From NCBI GenBank assembly GCA_965221905.1, contig OZ244922.1, forward strand, positions 1,280,001 through 1,344,000: 64,000 nucleotides of DNA, read 5' to 3'. Below the pieces are notes generated by a model. That model saw only the letters and a program-made list of their open reading frames with translations, made no database searches and had not been told where the DNA came from. Below are positions 58,207 through 64,000 of the stretch, piece by piece (position 1 is the stretch's first letter; every line of letters starts with the position of its first letter). Origin of the DNA: Chloroflexota bacterium. Its GTDB lineage: Bacteria; Chloroflexota; UBA11872; VXOZ01. Made by a program: the position numbers and the translations under genes.

Positions 58207-58421
58207 AAGGGCTCTCCTTTTGCTCGATCATTGAGTCGGGCTTCAAGCGAAGTGTGCTCTCTTTATCTGACAACCTTACGCGGCTACGGAGGTTGGCGAC
58301 ACATTGCCGTGACTAATTGCGACAAAATCCGGCAATTGGGCGCTCTCCAGGCAGCCGGTCGGTCCTGCTTCTCAAACTGAGATCTAAGACAACAGGCGAA
58401 GGCGGCAAAAGCGCCTGATAC

Positions 58422-59534
58422 CTAAAGGAATACCATGTTGTTGCGGTGGACAGCTTCATCACCGAAGAACTCGGGGAGCAGCCTGGTGATTTCGCTGGAT
58501 TTCCTGCCCATGATCTTGCGTATATCGTCGGATGGATAGTTCGCAAGACCGCAGGCAAAGGCATCCCCGCCGTCAACGCGTATCTCTACCGTATCCCCGC
58601 GATCGAAGGTGCCCTCCACCGCGATGATACCCGCGGGCAAGAGGCTGCGTCCGTTTTCCAGCAGCGCATCCGCCGCACCGGCATCGACAATAATACGGTG
58701 GCCGCGCGCGAGATCGGAAGCCATCCAGGCATCTCGCAAGCTCTTGGTTCGGCTGACTTTGCTCGCGAACCGCGTGCCCAATTGCTCTCCGGCAGCAATA
58801 GCCAGGATCACATCGGGAATAGTGCCTTGACAAATTACTACGTCGGTGCCCGCGGCGGTAGCCATGCGGGCGGCCTTGATCTTGGTCGCCATACCGCCCA
58901 CACTACTGGTGGAGCCGGCGCCGCCTGCCATGGCTTCGACTTCGCGCGTAATACTTGCCACTACCGGCACGTGCGTCGCGGAGGCATTGCTGCGCGGATC
59001 CGCCGTGTACAATCCCTTGATGTCGGTCAACAAGACGAGGAGATCGGCGTCCACCAGATTTGCAACGAGGGCGGAGAGCGTATCGTTGTCGCCGATTTGA
59101 TGCAGTTCGGCGACGGCAACCACGTCATTTTCGTTGCAAATTGGTAATACGTCCGCCTCCAGTAGACCCAGGAGCGTGTTGCGCGCATTGAGGTAGCCGT
59201 CGCGTTGCAATTCCGTCCGCGTGAAAAGGGCTTGGGCCACCGCAATGCCATAGGGGGCGCAAAATTCCGCATAGGTGCGCATGAGGAGGGGCTGACCGAT
59301 GGCGGCGAGAATCTGACGAACGGGAATTCCTTTACCGCTTGGAGGAGGCATTCCTGCGCTAGAGCCTGCCGCCACGGCGCCTGAAGTGACCAACACCACC
59401 TGCTTGCCCTGCTCGCGAAGAGCGGCAATTTGGCGCACAAAGTCGGCCATGCGCTCTCGATTGAGCTGCTTGCCACTGTGTGTGAGAAGATTCGTGCCGA
59501 CTTTGACGACAATTCGTTGTAGTGATGTTGACAT
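58422..59534 (-). CDS. proB: Glutamate 5-kinase with PUA domain
   Basis: VVKVGT, SGAVAAG, NENDVV, GDNDTLSA, GGMATK, SLLPAG, VHRNNM. Confidence 0.96.
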   Translation of the reverse strand: MSTSLQRIVVKVGTNLLTHSGKQLNRERMADFVRQIAALREQGKQVVLVTSGAVAAGSSAGMPPPSGKGIPVRQILAAIGQPLLMRTYAEFCAPYGIAVAQALFTRTELQRDGYLNARNTLLGLLEADVLPICNENDVVAVAELHQIGDNDTLSALVANLVDADLLVLLTDIKGLYTADPRSNASATHVPVVASITREVEAMAGGAGSTSSVGGMATKIKAARMATAAGTDVVICQGTIPDVILAIAAGEQLGTRFASKVSRTKSLRDAWMASDLARGHRIIVDAGAADALLENGRSLLPAGIIAVEGTFDRGDTVEIRVDGGDAFACGLANYPSDDIRKIMGRKSSEITRLLPEFFGDEAVHRNNMVFL

Positions 59535-59705
59535 GCTACGGTTTCCGCAGATTTGGGTGGGATTCGCTACCTACTGAAACAGGATACCAAGCCTGCCGTG
59601 TTGCAGGAAAGTAGAGGGTTTGGGCAAGATAGTGTTAGCATGGTAATCTTTGGCGAGGGCCGCAAGCACTGTCGGCCAATGAATGCAGGGCTAGGGAATG
59701 AGATT

Positions 59706-60398
59706 ATGTACATTCAATTTATCGGTCTGATGCTGGGCGCGTACGTACTTGGGGCGTTCCCGTTTGTTTACTTGCTGGGGCGGCTCTCCGGAGTAGACCT
59801 GCGGGTTGAGGGCAGTCAGAATGTCGGCGGCACCAATTTGTTTCGAACGGTTGGGCCGCTTACGGGCGTCGTTGGTGCTTTGCTGGATATCGGCAAGGGC
59901 TTGCTGCCGGTCTTGGCGGCACTAGCGCTCGATTTCAATGAGGGCGTTGCAGGGCTGGCGGCGATTGCGGCGGTTACGGGGCAATGTTGGCCGATCTTTC
60001 TTCGTTTTCACGGAGGCCGCGGCATTTCTGTGGTGGGTGGTGCAGTAATTGCCTCTTCGCCTCTGACTTTTGTCTGGGCGATCTTGCCAACCGTAGCCGG
60101 TCTTGCGGTATATATCGTCACGAAGCGCCGTCAGCAGCAGGATGCAGCCGCTATTTTTGGGAAGGACAGCAAGGACAGCCGCAGCGTTCCCTTGCTCATG
60201 ATGATCTCGGTCATTTCCCTGCCTTTTTTGGCTGCCGTACTTGGCGAGACATCCTCAGTAGCGCTCACGTTTGCGGTGCTCTCGCTGATCGTCATCTTGC
60301 GCCGTTTGACTGCTGGACTGCGCCAAGACCGCGGCTCCACAATCCCGCTCTTTACGCGCTTGCTCAATCGGTTTCTCTATGACCGCGCCCAGGTCTAG
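59706..60398 (+). CDS. plsY: Glycerol-3-phosphate acyltransferase
   Basis: YVLGAFP, DLRVEGSQNVGGTN, DIGKG, F.GGRG. Start set at MYIQF. Confidence 0.85.
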   Translation: MYIQFIGLMLGAYVLGAFPFVYLLGRLSGVDLRVEGSQNVGGTNLFRTVGPLTGVVGALLDIGKGLLPVLAALALDFNEGVAGLAAIAAVTGQCWPIFLRFHGGRGISVVGGAVIASSPLTFVWAILPTVAGLAVYIVTKRRQQQDAAAIFGKDSKDSRSVPLLMMISVISLPFLAAVLGETSSVALTFAVLSLIVILRRLTAGLRQDRGSTIPLFTRLLNRFLYDRAQV

Positions 60399-60422
60399 GC
60401 GATGGTTGAAAGAGAGATTCTC

Positions 60423-62144
60423 TCAATAGCCAAGCGCTGCCGAGGTCGGATAGTATGGGTCGGCAGCGCCGATGAGCGAACTTCCACGCTGCTGGATAGC
60501 GACCGGACTGGCAAAGTAACGCGGTAGGAAAGCTTCTTCCGCCACGATGATGTTGTGGCCGCGGCGCTTGAGTTCCGCGCAAACGGCTGGATCGATCCGA
60601 ACGCTCAGGATAGGGTTCAAGGTACTGCAATCGATGCGCGGGGCGTTAATGGCAGCCTGGATGTCCTGATCGAAGTCCACCAGATTGATGGCGAGTTGGG
60701 CCACGGTGTTGATAATGCGCCGCCCGCCGGAGGCGCCCAATGCGGCGAGCGCCTTGCCGTCGCGTTGCAGCACTATCGGGCACATATTGTTGAGCGGCTT
60801 CTTGCCGCCTTCCGTGGAATTGCTCGTGCCCGGCTCCGGGTTGTACCACATCATGCCGTTGTTGAGCAGCACGCCGGCGCCCGGCACGACCACACGCGAG
60901 CCCCAGGCCGAGAGCAACGTCTGCGTGAGCGCCACCGCATTGCCCGCGCCGTCCATTGCGGCGAGATGGGTAGTAGACTCGGCGGATGAACTGGCCGACG
61001 GGCTCGAATCCGGCGCGCCGCTGCCTGCCTGAAATTGCCATGGGTCACCGGGCGCGCGCTCTGTTTGGGCCTCATGGGGATTGATCATCTGGGACATTGC
61101 TGCGGCGTATTCCTTGGAAAGGAGACCGTCGAGGGGTACCGGCACACGCGTTGGGTCTGCCATGTACGCAAAGCGATCGGCAAACGCTTGGCCGGAGGCT
61201 TCAATGAAGGCGTGCAGGTAGTCGGCTGAGTTGTGGCCGGACGCGCGTACGTCGAAATTCTCCAGGATGTTGAGAATCCCCATCACGGTGGGCGCGCCGG
61301 TGCCGCCCCGCATGCCGATGACGTTTGCGCCGCGGTACGCGCCCAAGACGGATTCCGCATGGACTGTCGCTTCATATTGGGCAAGATCGTCGGTCGAGAG
61401 TATGCCGCCATTTTGCCGGACATGGTCGGCAATCTGCTCGCCCAGCTTCCCCCCGTAGAGTACTGCAGGGCCGTTCTCTGCGATGGCGCGCAGCGTTGCG
61501 CCCAATTCAGGTTGGTGGAGCATGCCTGCCGCTCCCGGTTCTGTTAAGTATGGCAAGCGATGGGGATAGCCATTACGAAGCAACGTGGCTGCTGTGGCGG
61601 GAAACCGGTTGAGCAACTCAAGGTCCTGCGCCTGCCACATGGTCTCAAACCAGGAGAGCGAATAACCTTCTTCCGCAAGACGAATGGCCGGCGCCACGGC
61701 CCGGTCAAGCCCAATCGTGCCGAATTGCTCCAGCGCTGCCGCCATACCGGCCACCATGCCCGGAATGGCAATCGACTTGTAACCGTGAATGTTGGCGTTG
61801 TCTTTGACCAAGCGCCAGCCGAAGAGCTCGTTGTCGTAGCCTTCTACCAGTTCCCACATGTCCGGGTTTGCCGCCTGCGGCGCTTGCATCGGAAAAGCCA
61901 CGACTACCTGTTGCTGCGTTTCTCGGAGGAAGATGGTCATGTAACCGCCCCCGCCGACGCCGCTCATGGGCGGCTCCACCACGCCCGCGGCAAAAGCGGT
62001 CGCGACTGCGGCATCCACCGCGTTTCCGCCGGCCTGCAGCACTTCCAGTCCCGCCTGAGCTGCCAGGCGATGTTTCGCCGCTACCATTCCCGATTGTGCC
62101 GTGGCTGCCTGCACGTGCGCTTCCCATTGCGTTTCCTTGGCCAT
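60423..62144 (-). CDS. ggt: Gamma-glutamyltransferase
   Basis: GGNAVDAAVA, SGVGGGG, STTH (nucleophile Thr), LLNNGM, GASGGRRI. Confidence 0.93.
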   Translation of the reverse strand: MAKETQWEAHVQAATAQSGMVAAKHRLAAQAGLEVLQAGGNAVDAAVATAFAAGVVEPPMSGVGGGGYMTIFLRETQQQVVVAFPMQAPQAANPDMWELVEGYDNELFGWRLVKDNANIHGYKSIAIPGMVAGMAAALEQFGTIGLDRAVAPAIRLAEEGYSLSWFETMWQAQDLELLNRFPATAATLLRNGYPHRLPYLTEPGAAGMLHQPELGATLRAIAENGPAVLYGGKLGEQIADHVRQNGGILSTDDLAQYEATVHAESVLGAYRGANVIGMRGGTGAPTVMGILNILENFDVRASGHNSADYLHAFIEASGQAFADRFAYMADPTRVPVPLDGLLSKEYAAAMSQMINPHEAQTERAPGDPWQFQAGSGAPDSSPSASSSAESTTHLAAMDGAGNAVALTQTLLSAWGSRVVVPGAGVLLNNGMMWYNPEPGTSNSTEGGKKPLNNMCPIVLQRDGKALAALGASGGRRIINTVAQLAINLVDFDQDIQAAINAPRIDCSTLNPILSVRIDPAVCAELKRRGHNIIVAEEAFLPRYFASPVAIQQRGSSLIGAADPYYPTSAALGY

Positions 62145-62398
62145 GCTTTCCTCCAATTGTTCGCGTGTTCTATTTGGCGTATTTCAGAGTCTCATACGAG
62201 CTTCAGCGTTTGAGTTTGCCTGACTTCTGCTGAATTCCCTTTGACGGAATCTGCGCTAGCCGGGGCGCGATGCCCTCGCGCTCGTGGGCAGCCAGCGTCA
62301 CCCTTGTGCTTTGCAATGCAATTTCACGCGGGAAGTCAGGCGATTCCGTTTATTGGGGACATGACTCCTTGCGTTGTCACCTCGCACATTGATGGTCG

Positions 62399-62686
62399 CT
62401 AGCCGAGTCCGAAGTTGACATAGCCAAGCGAGCGCAAGATGTATAGGCCCGCGGCGGCGGCAACCGCCAAGAAGGCAACGACTTGCACCAGCTTCAAGAC
62501 GGGTCGCAGCAAAGCGCCTACGATTTTTGAGATGACCGAGAAGATTACCAGGACGCCGATAGCGAGTATGACCCAAATGCCCCAATCGGGCACTTGGTCC
62601 AACTCTGCCGGCGCAATGCTCCGCAGCCACTGCGTGGCGGCGTCCAGTACCTCTTCGACGGCAGGCAGCCAATTCTCCGTATCCAT
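62399..62686 (-). CDS. Small hypothetical membrane protein
   Basis: Two hydrophobic helices; AAGGA RBS. Confidence 0.6.
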   Translation of the reverse strand: MDTENWLPAVEEVLDAATQWLRSIAPAELDQVPDWGIWVILAIGVLVIFSVISKIVGALLRPVLKLVQVVAFLAVAAAAGLYILRSLGYVNFGLG

Positions 62687-62966
62687 GCGCTAATCCTTAT
62701 CTTGCGACCGCTTAACTTCATTGTCGAAGCGGCTTTGCCACTCTGTCAACACCGTGGTGCGGTAGCCAACGGTGGATTTACATTGCACGCGTACCGAGGG
62801 CTGCATTGCGGTATCATGAAATCCTACGAGTAGTCCAAGCTAAAGATAAAGTCTGTCACAGGGAAGAGCTAGTAATTGCACGTGTGAAGAGAAGCGGCCT
62901 TTGGCAATTGCTAGCCTAGGCACCGGAACCAATCATGCAAAGAGCGTCATTTTAGGGAGCAATGGA

Positions 62967-63746
62967 ATGTATACGATTGACCTGCGCGGCAAGCATGCAC
63001 TTGTCATGGGAGTAGCCAATAAGGAGAGTGCGGCCTGGGCCATCGTGCAGGCATTGGCCGGTGCTGGGGCGCGCATTGCCTTGAACTATCAGACTGAACG
63101 TCTTGCAAGTCGTGTGCAGGACCTCGCGGATACATTGGATAATCCGTTGGTAGCGCCCTGCGACGTCACGCACCCTGACGAGGTGGAGTCGCTCTTTTCC
63201 TTGGTAGAGCAGGAGTTCGGCACGCTCGACATTCTGGTGCATAGTCTCGCGTTCGCCAATCGGGACGAATTCGCGAAGGAGTTTGTGGATACGTCGCGCG
63301 ACGGTTTCCTGCAAGCGATTGAAATCAGCGCGCACTCCCTGATTACGCTCTCGCGGGCGGCGCTGCCCCTAATGCAGAAAGCCGGAAGCGGCAGCATCAT
63401 GACACTGACGTATCTCGGCGGCGAGCGCGTGGTGGCGGGCTACAAGCTCATGGGCCCGGCCAAAGCCACGCTGGATGCAAACGTACGCTACCTCGCCGAA
63501 AATCTCGGCCCCCACAACATCCGCGTGAACGCTATCTCCGCCGGAGCGATGCGCACCCTTTCTTTGGCGGGCATTCCCGGCGGACGCAACTTTCTGCTCG
63601 ACCTGCCGGAACGCACGCCACTGCGTCGCAACATCACGCAAGCAGAAGTGGGAGATACCGCCCTCTTCTTGGCTTCTCCCCTTTCGTCAGGCGTGACCGG
63701 CGAGACCATTCACGTGGACGCGGGATACCACATCATCGGCCTGTAA
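62967..63746 (+). CDS. fabI: Enoyl-ACP reductase
   Basis: MGVANKES, LVHSLAFA, TLTYLGG, YKLMGPAK, NAISAG, GETIHVDAG. Start set at MYTIDL. Confidence 0.93.
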   Translation: MYTIDLRGKHALVMGVANKESAAWAIVQALAGAGARIALNYQTERLASRVQDLADTLDNPLVAPCDVTHPDEVESLFSLVEQEFGTLDILVHSLAFANRDEFAKEFVDTSRDGFLQAIEISAHSLITLSRAALPLMQKAGSGSIMTLTYLGGERVVAGYKLMGPAKATLDANVRYLAENLGPHNIRVNAISAGAMRTLSLAGIPGGRNFLLDLPERTPLRRNITQAEVGDTALFLASPLSSGVTGETIHVDAGYHIIGL

Positions 63747-63804
63747 CAGGGGCGAACGCGAGATACGCTAAGTCCATACCCATTGTTCATTCATCCCGGC
63801 AGCA

Positions 63805-63866
63805 AAGCCGTTCATGCACCAATCCTTCGTCAAGCTCAGGACAGTCAAGCTTGGCACGAACGGCTT
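63805..63866. repeat. Degenerate nested family-A REP
   Basis: Outer arms AAGCCGTTC/GAACGGCTT enclose TCCTTCGTCAAGCTCAGGACA. Confidence 0.6.
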
Positions 63867-64000
63867 ATTCCTACACACCGAGAATAGTGCGCTTGGATTG
63901 CCGCAAACTCCCTCTACAGGACTCAAGAATCCGGCCCGGTGTTTACTCGCTCTTTGCTTCCTGCCAACTGTGGTTCTTAGCCGATGGCAAGTGTGCCTAA

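Overview
GC-rich (roughly 60% by eye) bacterial chromosomal segment, probably from a Chloroflexota genome (inferred from the cell-surface F-x-ETGH/GGL-x-x-FGYP repeat protein and the gene content). Most of it is housekeeping or metabolic: nfo, nrdJ, proVWX, an IlvD-family dehydratase, topA, rmuC, rlmB, dprA, proB, plsY, ggt, fabI, a sulfatase, amidohydrolases and ABC transporters. On top of this sits a dense layer of small palindromic repeats (at least four REP-like families) and the elements that exploit them. (1) A complete ~1.15-kb IS110 element is inserted at a CT core inside a REP. Its non-coding end contains a bridge RNA whose target and donor guides can be read directly against the insertion site and the circle junction. 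(2) A 294-bp TGT...ACA MITE with a 5-bp target duplication is inserted in a second REP family. (3) Two RAYT-type HUH transposases carry REP palindromes in frame inside their own ORFs and bracket a VapBC-type toxin-antitoxin pair. Two selenoprotein genes (Rdx/SelW-type CxxU and OsmC-type) are missed or split by the ORF track. The best candidate for an undescribed protein system is a three-gene operon: a tandem midasin/CbbQ-like AAA+ protein with altered Walker B motifs, a vWA/MIDAS protein with an acidic linker, and a catalytically dead CPBP (CAAX/Abi) membrane protein. All calls come from reading the sequence; no database searches were run.
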